Shown one piece after another: positions 1 through 8,725 of a stretch of 64,000 nt of DNA. The DNA is taken from positions 1-64,000 of IMG/VR virus record IMGVR_UViG_3300033182_000980, one strand, 5' to 3'. Positions within the stretch are counted from its first letter, which is position 1, and every line of letters begins with the position of its first letter. Below the pieces are notes generated by a model, which saw only the letters and a list, made by a program, of their open reading frames with translations, did not search any database and was not told the DNA's origin. The position numbers were made by a program, and so were the translations under genes.

Positions 1-10
1 AGAGCGATAC

Positions 11-871
11 TTGGCTATCGTTCTCCTCGACATAATAGGTAGTACAGCATTTGTCCAGAGGAATGGTGCTGTGGTCGCCGCGAAATGGTTTCAAGTACAT
101 GATCGTCTTGCTCGATCACTTGTCTATAAACACAACGGTAGAGAGATTGATCGGTCTGATGGATTTCTACTATCCTTTGATCGCATCATTGATGCAGTAA
201 ACTTTGGTCTGGCTTACCAACGAACAGTACCTAAAAAAACGAACCTACAAACTCGCATAGGCATCCATTGGGGCAAAATCATCGAGGTTAAGCAAGATGA
301 TGTCTTTGTCGGTGCTGGTGCAAAGCGTGTAGAGCTTGAGGGTCTAGCCAAAAACATAGCCGCTCGCACAATGAGCCTCTGCCAAGCAGGACAGGTTTTA
401 CTTACTAAAGAAGCCATGTCAGCAACGAGAAATCGTACCTCACATAACCTCCCTAAAGATGCGAGGTATGTCTGTGTCGGGATGTACAAGTTTAAAGGGG
501 TGAGCAAGCCCCAAGAGATATATGCTGTGGGTGAAACCATCCAATCACTACAGCCACCTAAAGGGTCAGACAAAGTTAAACGGCTCGGAGGTCCTAAATA
601 CATCCGTAAGAGAGCAAGGGATCGGAAGTTCTTCGACTGGATGTCTTATTTTTTTTGGAGGGTCGGGTTTATAGCAATGCTCTTTTGGCTATGGGTCATA
701 TTTCAACTTACATTAAGACCCATGACAAGAACCTGGATTGGACTCCCCTACCATATGCCTCGATACGATGCTTTCATTGAGTATGTGATTGACTCCTACT
801 ATGTGGTCACTCAACAAGAGGAGAAAAGAAAACCTAAACCTAAACCCCCAAGAAAACGAAGGCGATATTAA
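11..871 (+). CDS. Class III adenylate/guanylate cyclase domain protein with C-terminal TM helix (may be 5'-truncated by window edge)
   Basis: IVLLDIIGST, DRSDGFL, RIGIHWG and G.AKNIAART...GQVLLT match class III cyclase motifs; hydrophobic FFWRVGFIAMLFWLWVIF. Confidence 0.8.
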   Translation: MAIVLLDIIGSTAFVQRNGAVVAAKWFQVHDRLARSLVYKHNGREIDRSDGFLLSFDRIIDAVNFGLAYQRTVPKKTNLQTRIGIHWGKIIEVKQDDVFVGAGAKRVELEGLAKNIAARTMSLCQAGQVLLTKEAMSATRNRTSHNLPKDARYVCVGMYKFKGVSKPQEIYAVGETIQSLQPPKGSDKVKRLGGPKYIRKRARDRKFFDWMSYFFWRVGFIAMLFWLWVIFQLTLRPMTRTWIGLPYHMPRYDAFIEYVIDSYYVVTQQEEKRKPKPKPPRKRRRY

Positions 872-1383
872 TGAGTACAAATAAACAGTTCACTCAGTCC
901 GAGAAAGCTAAGAGAGGATGGTATGCCTCTGTAGTCTTTATGTTCCTTATCTGTGTCTTAATCTACTTTCTATCTACACATGAGATTGTAGAGAAGAACA
1001 GAGACATCCTAATTGGCATCATAGGTATGCTCACAGGTAGCATCTCCTCTATGCTCGCCATAGCGTCTGGTAGAGATCCTTCCGAGGTAGAAGAACTCAA
1101 GGATAAGCTCGCCTCTGCTAATGGGGATCGAGAAGCACTTATAGCTCGCTTGAGGGATGCACAGATTCAGATGCAACTGCTTCGAGAACAAATCTTTGAG
1201 CTACAGTCGGCGGTCATTGAGAAGCTATCCATCTTCCAAGGACAGACGGTCATCAAGACCAAGACCGAAGATGAGGTCGAGCTTAAAGGTGTAGTTAGTC
1301 AGTGGATCAATCCCAAAAAGAAATCTGACGATGAACCAGATGAAAAGGTAGAGATCACTTTCGAGGACGGAGATGAAGGCTAA
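871..1383 (+). CDS. Two-TM membrane protein with coiled-coil tail
   Basis: Two hydrophobic segments then heptad-rich region; TAATG-coupled to the cyclase. Confidence 0.7.
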   Translation: MSTNKQFTQSEKAKRGWYASVVFMFLICVLIYFLSTHEIVEKNRDILIGIIGMLTGSISSMLAIASGRDPSEVEELKDKLASANGDREALIARLRDAQIQMQLLREQIFELQSAVIEKLSIFQGQTVIKTKTEDEVELKGVVSQWINPKKKSDDEPDEKVEITFEDGDEG

Positions 1384-1395
1384 TAGTTTATTTAT
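1381..1395 (+). promoter_or_regulatory. Motif B (putative late promoter) TAATAGTTTATTTAT
   Basis: One of ~16 copies, each in sense orientation a short distance upstream of a start codon. Confidence 0.6.
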
Positions 1396-1439
1396 GACCT
1401 CTACTAACTTAACCCTTAACCGACAATGGAGAATGAGCC

Positions 1440-1817
1440 ATGAGAAGAACAGCTAGTGAAATTATCAACGATCTTGAGCGTAGAGTTGCTCGTCTTGAAA
1501 GACAGGCAAGCCACTATAGTGGGTCCGAGACGAGTCTATATACTGGGATTAAAAAACTGCTTGGTCGCAAGTATAAAACCCTAAAAGATCTTAAGAGAGA
1601 TAATGAGATCATCAACCTCCATGAACTTCACTCTGACCGCTTTACATATAAAGGGATGGTTGAATGGGAAGAAGAGGGGCTTATCAATGTTGATATGGTC
1701 AATAAAGAATCGTACTTAACTGATCGTGGAGTTGAAAGGTATGAAGAGATGTTAAAATATGATGAAAAGGGCTATTTTGACCGCGAACCCCATACAGTAT
1801 TCACTTTTGGGTTTTAA
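1440..1817 (+). CDS. MRRTASE-leader family protein 1
   Basis: N-terminus MRRTASEIINDLERRVARLERQAS shared with four other ORFs; GGAG RBS. Confidence 0.8.
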   Translation: MRRTASEIINDLERRVARLERQASHYSGSETSLYTGIKKLLGRKYKTLKDLKRDNEIINLHELHSDRFTYKGMVEWEEEGLINVDMVNKESYLTDRGVERYEEMLKYDEKGYFDREPHTVFTFGF

Positions 1818-1831
1818 TCAATAAATCCTTT

Positions 1832-1872
1832 ATGATCTCCCTGTAAGTAAAAGACTTATAAAGGGAGATCAT
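1832..1872 (+). promoter_or_regulatory. RBS-sequestering hairpin upstream of 1874
   Basis: 11-bp inverted repeat ATGATCTCCCT/AGGGAGATCAT; 3' arm contains the SD; 5' arm overlaps a motif B variant at 1819-1833. Confidence 0.6.
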
Positions 1873-1873
1873 T

Positions 1874-3250
1874 ATGGCACAGCATGGCTGGTACGACAGT
1901 AGAAGTCCTTGGCCAGTACCACCAAGGAATACAAGTGCTGTCTCCCCTTTCGCTAAGGGTGAGATAGATGTGCATTGGGATAATCCATCAATCCTACATG
2001 GGAATGAGGGCTGGATTATTCGTGGTGTGAACATATATAGATCGGGCAACTCTGATCGTGGTCCTTATCGTAGAGTGAACATCACCCCGATTGGTGGGAC
2101 GATTTACAGAGATCGTATCGACACATGGGCTGTCAACGATGAGGTCATCACAGCCGACAAGTGGATTTCTAAAGGGGATCAAGGCGAAGATCCTTATCGC
2201 TTTGTAGTGGAGTATCCCATAGCTCGACAGAACAGCATCAATGATCCAGCAGATTCACCAAGAGATGTAGTGGTAATGATTAATGGTGTGATTGTTCCCA
2301 CAGCAAGAGTGCTTGGTGAGTTTGGTGAAGTGACTTTGTTCTATACAGGTAGAGCCAAGCCAGATGCGATCACTTTAACCGAAGATCGTTTACCACCACC
2401 TATAGATGATAACACAGTAGTGACTGTGAGCTACATTGCTTATGATCCAGAGAGTCGGTTGAGACTCGGTACAGATAAGAGAGATTTCTATCGGATAGCT
2501 ACAGTAGCAGAAGACCCAAAGACAGGTGCTTTATTAGAGACACCTTTAGAGCATTGTAAGCCATTCTCTGATCGTGAGCTTGAGCGTGTGGATTATATGT
2601 GGAGAGAAGGTATTCGTAGAAACAACTGGATACTCGAACAAGGGGGAGAGCGAGTTAAGTTATTCACTCGTAGGATCGCAGGTATCCCTTGCTACTGTAC
2701 CTCATTCAATAAAGAGACTCTTAAATACGCAAAGCAACCCGACAGCCTATGTGAGATTTGTTTCGGCACAGGCATAAAGGGTGGATATGATGGGCCTTAT
2801 GACATCATCATCGGTCCTAATGATGGAGAGCGTAGGATTTCTCAAGAAGATAGAGGTAGACGCAAGGAACATTCATACGAGGTATGGATAGGACCGAGTC
2901 CGATTGTGAGTCAGAAGGACTTTATCGTTAAGCCGAACAACGACAGGTATTCATGTGGAGCTGTTAATATGCCGTCCAATAGAGGTAATGTTCTCCAACA
3001 GCATTTCAACATAGCGTATCTCGATAGTGGAGACATACGATACAGATTCCCTATTGAGGGAGTTCCTGTTTCATGGCCAGAGACTCGTTATGGGTATTGG
3101 CCTCAAAGGGATACTTACACAGCTCGTGGAGATGCGATTTATCCTGTCACACCCGACAGTGCTTACCCTATGGACTCTGACAAGGCTACGGTATCCAATG
3201 CGTTGGAGAAGCGTGGTCGTACAGCGACTTGGGAGAACCAAAACTATTAA
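1874..3250 (+). CDS. Putative virion structural (neck/head-completion-like) protein
   Basis: 458 aa; Fn3-like N-terminus (VHWDNP..NIYRS); CxC..CxxCxGTG motif; motif B variant upstream; next to terminase. Confidence 0.4.
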   Translation: MAQHGWYDSRSPWPVPPRNTSAVSPFAKGEIDVHWDNPSILHGNEGWIIRGVNIYRSGNSDRGPYRRVNITPIGGTIYRDRIDTWAVNDEVITADKWISKGDQGEDPYRFVVEYPIARQNSINDPADSPRDVVVMINGVIVPTARVLGEFGEVTLFYTGRAKPDAITLTEDRLPPPIDDNTVVTVSYIAYDPESRLRLGTDKRDFYRIATVAEDPKTGALLETPLEHCKPFSDRELERVDYMWREGIRRNNWILEQGGERVKLFTRRIAGIPCYCTSFNKETLKYAKQPDSLCEICFGTGIKGGYDGPYDIIIGPNDGERRISQEDRGRRKEHSYEVWIGPSPIVSQKDFIVKPNNDRYSCGAVNMPSNRGNVLQQHFNIAYLDSGDIRYRFPIEGVPVSWPETRYGYWPQRDTYTARGDAIYPVTPDSAYPMDSDKATVSNALEKRGRTATWENQNY

Positions 3251-3254
3251 TAGT

Positions 3255-6200
3255 TCATTTCTTACCAAAGCGAGAATTGATTGAGTCTCTAAGGTTATAG
3301 CGTGGAGATTTAGGTGCAATCCTTTTAGCATCTGACCCACCTCGACCTGTATATCGACCACCTGTGGCAAAGGTTTTACCTCCTGCCATTGGGTGTCGGT
3401 ATTGCCTACTGCCTTTAGAACCAGAAGCAAAGTATCGACCTTTGCCGATGTTATTAGAGGCAAGCCATGTCATGCGTACAAGTGCGTCTGACATATCGTC
3501 ATGCTTACCTTTAGTCTGTGGAGCTTCGACTGTGATGAGGTGTTTACCATGCACCGTTTGCTGTAGCTCTAGGAGTTCTTGGATATAAGGCTCATGCCCT
3601 TCTGTCTCATAATTGGGGCGATTATATAGCTTGATTTTTTGATCCCACATCATGTCCTTAAAGTTTTGGTACATCTGTGAGGATAGCTGTTTAGTCATAT
3701 TGTGAGAGGTAAGATTTTTTAGACCTCGCTTCTCAAGTGCTTGTTGAAAGGGTATGCCAGCCCATTGGTCAAACATACCCTCTGTGATGTAGAACTTCTT
3801 TGTGTATTCTAGTACCCAATCAGCGACATCATCGAACTCTAATCGCTCTTTGTCTTGGTAGATCCCTTCACCAGCTTTGATTTGAGCCACGAGGTCTACC
3901 ACGATTTCTTCACCTTCGAGGTGTCCAATAGCGATAGCTGTACCGTCACCTACAAGACCCAAGTCGATTCCCATAAAGTGTGGCTTACGAGCAGGTGCTG
4001 ATCTCTGAGGTTTTAATTGAGGGTCTACACAAGATAAGAGGTCTTGTTCATCTGTGATCCACCCTCTTGTTCTGTCTGTAAACTCGCCACCATACTCTGT
4101 AAAGAACACAGCGGCGTTCTTGAGATAATGCTTCTCGAACTCTTGAGCAGGGACAGTTGGGTTTACTTCCCAAGTAGGTGCTTGAACAGCGAGAATGTTA
4201 TCGGCAGCCGCTCCACCACCCATACCGATTTGGAACAGGTTATAGAACAAGCCCTGTTTACCCAAAGGAGAAGAAATCAAGATAACCCGACCCTCCACCT
4301 CCCCAATAGGAACTGTAGGGTTGTTAGGATCTTTAGCTGAATACGCAGAGGTCGAAGGAACAACAGCGTTATACACTTCTTCTGCACCCGATTGACCCGA
4401 CTCTGTAAAGTGAGCAACCTCGTCAAGAATAACGCATATATTACCAGCACCACGAAGGCCCTTAGCTACACAAGACCTAAATGTAACCTTGAGTGTAGCT
4501 TTAGCAGAGGGATCTTCAATGTATCGACCGTACTTCTCAACATCAGCGGGTGTTTGGAAGCGAGCATAGGATAGGGTGTTATTCGCTGTATATGGTCCAA
4601 AGAAGGCACAGTTGCTTGTAGCGATGTTCCCCTCTAACACAAAGGAATGTGATCCAGGTACTGTGGCACAATATACTTTCTCAAAGCGAGAGGTGGGTTG
4701 AACATCAATAACCGTCCAAGAGCTTGTGTCTCGCTTAACTTGAGCGTGTTTGAGGAAAGACTCTTTGTGCTTAGGGATGATGAAGAATGACTCATCGAGC
4801 GTATGCTTCATCAAGCACATCTTATACATGGTGTGCGGCTTACCTGTTAGGTTTGAGACTCTATGATCCTCTCGGATGCTATAACAACCAATCCCTAAGA
4901 GATAACAGACATCACGAAATGCCTTAATGTTTTCAACAAAGGCACTTGTCATCACAACCTGTCCATTAGAAACAGATCCATCCGCCGCAAAGTATCCAGC
5001 AAGCCACCCTAAGAGGTATGACTTACATTCACTTAGATCGGGTATCTCTTTAAAGTGGTTTGGAGTTCCTGTGAATGATACACCCCCTTTGATTTCTTTA
5101 CGCTTACACATAGAGAAATAAGGCATGAGGGAGGAGTCTTTATCTCCAAAGAGGCAAACACCATTTACAGATCGTGGGTTTTTAGAGTTAGTTCCGTCAC
5201 CAAAAGTGAAGCCATGAGCAACCCCAAAAGGGGAAGGAGTGATGAGGTTCTTGTAGCTTTGACCATAGGTGGCTTGTAGATGATGTTTATTTGGTCTTAG
5301 TTCGTGAGTTTCAAACTCTTGGTAGCCTTTCCCTCTGTATCGCTTTCTGGCATCTCTAGCGAACCATTTATGATCTTTAGTGGCGTATATGGTTTTGAGG
5401 ACACCTTGTCTTTTAAGGGTGATCTTATAGAGCTGTTGTTCGCCAAAACATCGGACAGGTGCTTTGACCCAAGCACCCTCTCTCGTAAGCAAAGTAGGCT
5501 CTTGACCCTCTAGTTCTCCAAGTGTTTTGACACCTAGTGATGTAATGACCTCTGTCTCTGGAGCGAAGCAGTTGCGATAGTGTCCAGACACCTCTTGATA
5601 AAGCAGACCAGCTTGGTCTTTATCAGTCGCCACAGAGATGATTTGGATGTTATTGCTTTGAGGTAGTCCGTAGAACTTTTGTGGGTTTTCTTTTTTGATG
5701 AGCTTATAGGTTTCATAAGCGGCGATACACGCAGAAATCGTAGTGTTATGATTAGTGAACCCATTGCCGATGAACATTGCACCATTAGGCACATTGAGAT
5801 CAAAGACATGAGCTTCACGCTGTTCTACTTTAATGATAGGGTCAAAAAAGTAATCCAGATCAATGAGGTTATATAGTTGAGACTTTGTGGTTTGACTTAG
5901 ACCCTCATGGTCAGCGATCTTCTTGATCTTCCAATAGGGTGTATATTTAGTTGTAGGGCTTAGGTCATGTTTGAGATCGGGGTGGAACTTCTTGAGTCGT
6001 TCAGCATATTCATAGAAGAAGGGAACACCCTCATTAGACCCTCTATAAGAAACGCTCGACATTACACCCTCAAGGCATTTTTTCTTACGCTCTGATATGA
6101 ACCCTATATGTTGGTCAAAAAGTCGCTTAGACTTTGATCCTTTGAGTCTTACACGATACTCGGTTCGATCTTCCCGATTACTTTTGGAAAGGTTAGATGT

Positions 6201-7340
6201 GATGCCGAGATTAAGTAGGAGGAGTTGTGTCTCTCTTGCAAGCTCATAAGAGGCAGTTGAGAGCGTAATGGACTGTGCGTAAGCCGAACCATCAGTTTCA
6301 AACAAACCTCTTAGAAAAGCACAGACTACGCTTTTAGGGGATTGCATGATTGTATGTGGGATTTGCTTGGTAGTTGTCGTGCAATCAACAACCCAACCTA
6401 GATTATTAAGGAACTGTCTTATGTCCTTCCCATGAGCCGAGACTCTGCCAACATCTACTTTCCTCTTATCTGGATAATAAGAGACTTTACCAAACAAGTC
6501 TCTGAACAGACCCATTAAGTATTTCTCAAATGGCTTCTCTCCCACAGTGATCGTGATCGCCTTGTCATTAGTCCAATGTCCGTCCCCTGCGAGTAGACCT
6601 AGTAGTTCACCCCAACGCTCATCAAGGTATTTAGGTTGACCCTCGCTTGTATGGTGCTGGCTTATATCAACATATTCATTGGGCCAGAGTTGACTTGAAC
6701 GATTGATGCAAGCCACATCACCTTCTTCGATCTCTTCAAGGTACTTCCATTCGATCTTACATTCTGGAGTCATCACTTTGATACGATGATTTCCTGTACC
6801 CTCAATCCTGTACCCACAGAATGTCTCTAGGTACTTGGTGGGCTTGACCCCTCCATTATAAAAGTAAGCTGATCTTGAGTTTGCACCCGACTCTTGTGCG
6901 ACATTAACTTGTAAGGGTTGTATCTCTTCACCATTAGGGTCGCCTAAAGAGTCAATACGAACCATGCCCTTATTAGTAGGGATAAGGGTTTCACCTGTGA
7001 CACATTTACCAGACCTACGACCAATGGAGAGGATCATCTCTCGTCTTTGCTTGCCTGGTATAACTTCACCTATATTGCAACGACCTTCTTCATAGATTTT
7101 TCGCAGGTAAGATTTCTCGGTGTGAGTCTCTATTTTGGTTCTTGTCCAGTCCGAGATTTGAAAGGTCTTTTCGTCATCAAGCTCAAGACCATAGTGTGCT
7201 TTGAGGATAACTCTTTGCACAGGGAATAGGGTCATCTTCAAACCCCAAGATGCTTCTACGAACTCAATGATGTCTGCATCTTTCTCTGACTTTTTACCAG
7301 CTCTCGCACTCGCAGAGATCGCTACCGAGGATAAACTCAT
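3255..7340 (-). CDS. terL: Terminase large subunit with two inteins (mature ~621 aa)
   Basis: Walker A GRRSGK|TT, Walker B VILDEVAHF, ILISSP motif, RNase H-like nuclease FMGIDLG...HDDMSDA. Confidence 0.92.
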   Translation of the reverse strand: MSLSSVAISASARAGKKSEKDADIIEFVEASWGLKMTLFPVQRVILKAHYGLELDDEKTFQISDWTRTKIETHTEKSYLRKIYEEGRCNIGEVIPGKQRREMILSIGRRSGKCVTGETLIPTNKGMVRIDSLGDPNGEEIQPLQVNVAQESGANSRSAYFYNGGVKPTKYLETFCGYRIEGTGNHRIKVMTPECKIEWKYLEEIEEGDVACINRSSQLWPNEYVDISQHHTSEGQPKYLDERWGELLGLLAGDGHWTNDKAITITVGEKPFEKYLMGLFRDLFGKVSYYPDKRKVDVGRVSAHGKDIRQFLNNLGWVVDCTTTTKQIPHTIMQSPKSVVCAFLRGLFETDGSAYAQSITLSTASYELARETQLLLLNLGITSNLSKSNREDRTEYRVRLKGSKSKRLFDQHIGFISERKKKCLEGVMSSVSYRGSNEGVPFFYEYAERLKKFHPDLKHDLSPTTKYTPYWKIKKIADHEGLSQTTKSQLYNLIDLDYFFDPIIKVEQREAHVFDLNVPNGAMFIGNGFTNHNTTISACIAAYETYKLIKKENPQKFYGLPQSNNIQIISVATDKDQAGLLYQEVSGHYRNCFAPETEVITSLGVKTLGELEGQEPTLLTREGAWVKAPVRCFGEQQLYKITLKRQGVLKTIYATKDHKWFARDARKRYRGKGYQEFETHELRPNKHHLQATYGQSYKNLITPSPFGVAHGFTFGDGTNSKNPRSVNGVCLFGDKDSSLMPYFSMCKRKEIKGGVSFTGTPNHFKEIPDLSECKSYLLGWLAGYFAADGSVSNGQVVMTSAFVENIKAFRDVCYLLGIGCYSIREDHRVSNLTGKPHTMYKMCLMKHTLDESFFIIPKHKESFLKHAQVKRDTSSWTVIDVQPTSRFEKVYCATVPGSHSFVLEGNIATSNCAFFGPYTANNTLSYARFQTPADVEKYGRYIEDPSAKATLKVTFRSCVAKGLRGAGNICVILDEVAHFTESGQSGAEEVYNAVVPSTSAYSAKDPNNPTVPIGEVEGRVILISSPLGKQGLFYNLFQIGMGGGAAADNILAVQAPTWEVNPTVPAQEFEKHYLKNAAVFFTEYGGEFTDRTRGWITDEQDLLSCVDPQLKPQRSAPARKPHFMGIDLGLVGDGTAIAIGHLEGEEIVVDLVAQIKAGEGIYQDKERLEFDDVADWVLEYTKKFYITEGMFDQWAGIPFQQALEKRGLKNLTSHNMTKQLSSQMYQNFKDMMWDQKIKLYNRPNYETEGHEPYIQELLELQQTVHGKHLITVEAPQTKGKHDDMSDALVRMTWLASNNIGKGRYFASGSKGSRQYRHPMAGGKTFATGGRYTGRGGSDAKRIAPKSPRYNLRDSINSRFGKK
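4611..5570 (-). mobile_element. Intein 2 (320 aa, LAGLIDADG) in terminase
   Basis: Starts CFAPETEVIT, block B ATKDHKW, ends GNIATSN|C; HGFTFGDG and LAGYFAADG blocks. Confidence 0.9.
5745..7004 (-). mobile_element. Intein 1 (420 aa, LAGLIDADG) in the terminase Walker A
   Basis: Starts CVTGETLI, ends GFTNHN|T; LLGLLAGDG and FLRGLFETDG blocks. Confidence 0.92.
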
Positions 7341-8059
7341 TACTTATCACTTTCCATCGCCTTTTTTGCGTCTGTGAGCCATTCTGGATCGTCAACCATC
7401 TTCCCAAAAGTAGCAAAAACGCTCTCGGCAAGTTCAGGACGAACACCAGCCTCATCACACGCTTTGCGGAATGTTTCAGCGATATGTCCGAATACTTTTT
7501 TAAATGCCTTAGACTCCAAGTCGATAGACTTAGAAGACATTAACTCTTTCTTCTTGATCCAAGTATCACCCACTGCTCTTAGAGCGTTCACTCGTCTAAG
7601 AGAAATCTGTGAAGTGGACTCGCCTCTACGCTCTGCTTCTTCTCTTTCAAAGGCAAGAGAAGCGGATTCTTCAGCTAGACCGACAAGGACATGGGTAAGC
7701 ACATCAGATGAGTCTGCATTCTTTTTAGTAGTATCAAATACAGCATCGTTATTAAGTTTAGCTTGTTTGCGTTGCTGAAGCTGATTGATATTCGCCTGTG
7801 GGTTTGAGGACGGAACAGGAGGGGGTGTGTTGACAGGGGTCTGTTTTACATTAGCATTATTGGAGCTTGGCTGACCAGGCTTACCAAACATAGCGTAAGG
7901 TTCACCCGTCCTAAAGTTAATGCGTATTGTATCGGTGTCTAAGACTTCGGAGGGTTTACGCCAAATCAGTTTGCCATATTCATCTTCTACTTGTACTCTT
8001 GTAGCCCCTGGTGGAATAGGTATCGACATATAAACCCCACTTAACTTATTAAGACTCAT
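7340..8059 (-). CDS. Candidate terminase small subunit
   Basis: Directly upstream of terL, TAATG-coupled, helical C-terminal half; positional inference only. Confidence 0.4.
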   Translation of the reverse strand: MSLNKLSGVYMSIPIPPGATRVQVEDEYGKLIWRKPSEVLDTDTIRINFRTGEPYAMFGKPGQPSSNNANVKQTPVNTPPPVPSSNPQANINQLQQRKQAKLNNDAVFDTTKKNADSSDVLTHVLVGLAEESASLAFEREEAERRGESTSQISLRRVNALRAVGDTWIKKKELMSSKSIDLESKAFKKVFGHIAETFRKACDEAGVRPELAESVFATFGKMVDDPEWLTDAKKAMESDK

Positions 8060-8714
8060 TCATAGGTAATATACCATTAGGTCGTACTAAAATTACACCC
8101 GACCCTCCTTCTGCAACAGTTGGGTCATACAGAGTGTTTCCGTTCATATCTTCAATGATGAAGGGAGGGTTTCCATTAAGTAGCAAGTAAGAGAAGCTGT
8201 ACACTTTAATAAAGAGTGCAGATGAAACTTCATTACTACGCACAAGAACATGGTTGAGGTTTTGGGGGTCTACACTCGCTGTTATGTCCGACACAGAGTC
8301 GTTTAAGACAAGTGCAAGATCAGCGGCGACATCATTAACATTACCAGCTCCGCCTCCTTCGCCACGACCAAAGTGAGTACCTGCTTTAAGAGCGTTGATA
8401 CGATCCACATCTATGTATCCAGATGTTTGAACTTGAATGAGGTCTTGCTCATAGTAAGGTGGAGCATTACCGAGATTTTCATTCCCAAAGTCAGTTGTCT
8501 CTACTTTGATGCGTACTTGATTAGATGTGGCATCTACATTTCCAAGAACACCAGTACCCATATTAGTGGTGATGACTTGAGTTTCAAAGACTTGGCGGAT
8601 AGGCTGTGGATTTCCTGCTTCACCTTTCGAGGGGTCAGATGACTTCCTTAAGTGAGCAACGAGCATTTTAAACTGAGGGGTGGCAACGACCCTACGATTG
8701 TAAGAGGAAAGCAT
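8049..8714 (-). CDS. Hypothetical (probable virion) protein
   Basis: 221 aa ORF with GGAG RBS in the terminase operon. Confidence 0.6.
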   Translation of the reverse strand: MLSSYNRRVVATPQFKMLVAHLRKSSDPSKGEAGNPQPIRQVFETQVITTNMGTGVLGNVDATSNQVRIKVETTDFGNENLGNAPPYYEQDLIQVQTSGYIDVDRINALKAGTHFGRGEGGGAGNVNDVAADLALVLNDSVSDITASVDPQNLNHVLVRSNEVSSALFIKVYSFSYLLLNGNPPFIIEDMNGNTLYDPTVAEGGSGVILVRPNGILPMNES

Positions 8715-8725
8715 ATCCTATCTCC

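Noticed and set aside
3364-7778. Many 60-180 aa antisense or alternate-frame ORFs within long genes, here and elsewhere
   Set aside because: No motifs or RBSs; they are expected shadows of coding sequence. Only 22151-23113 has a recognisable domain.
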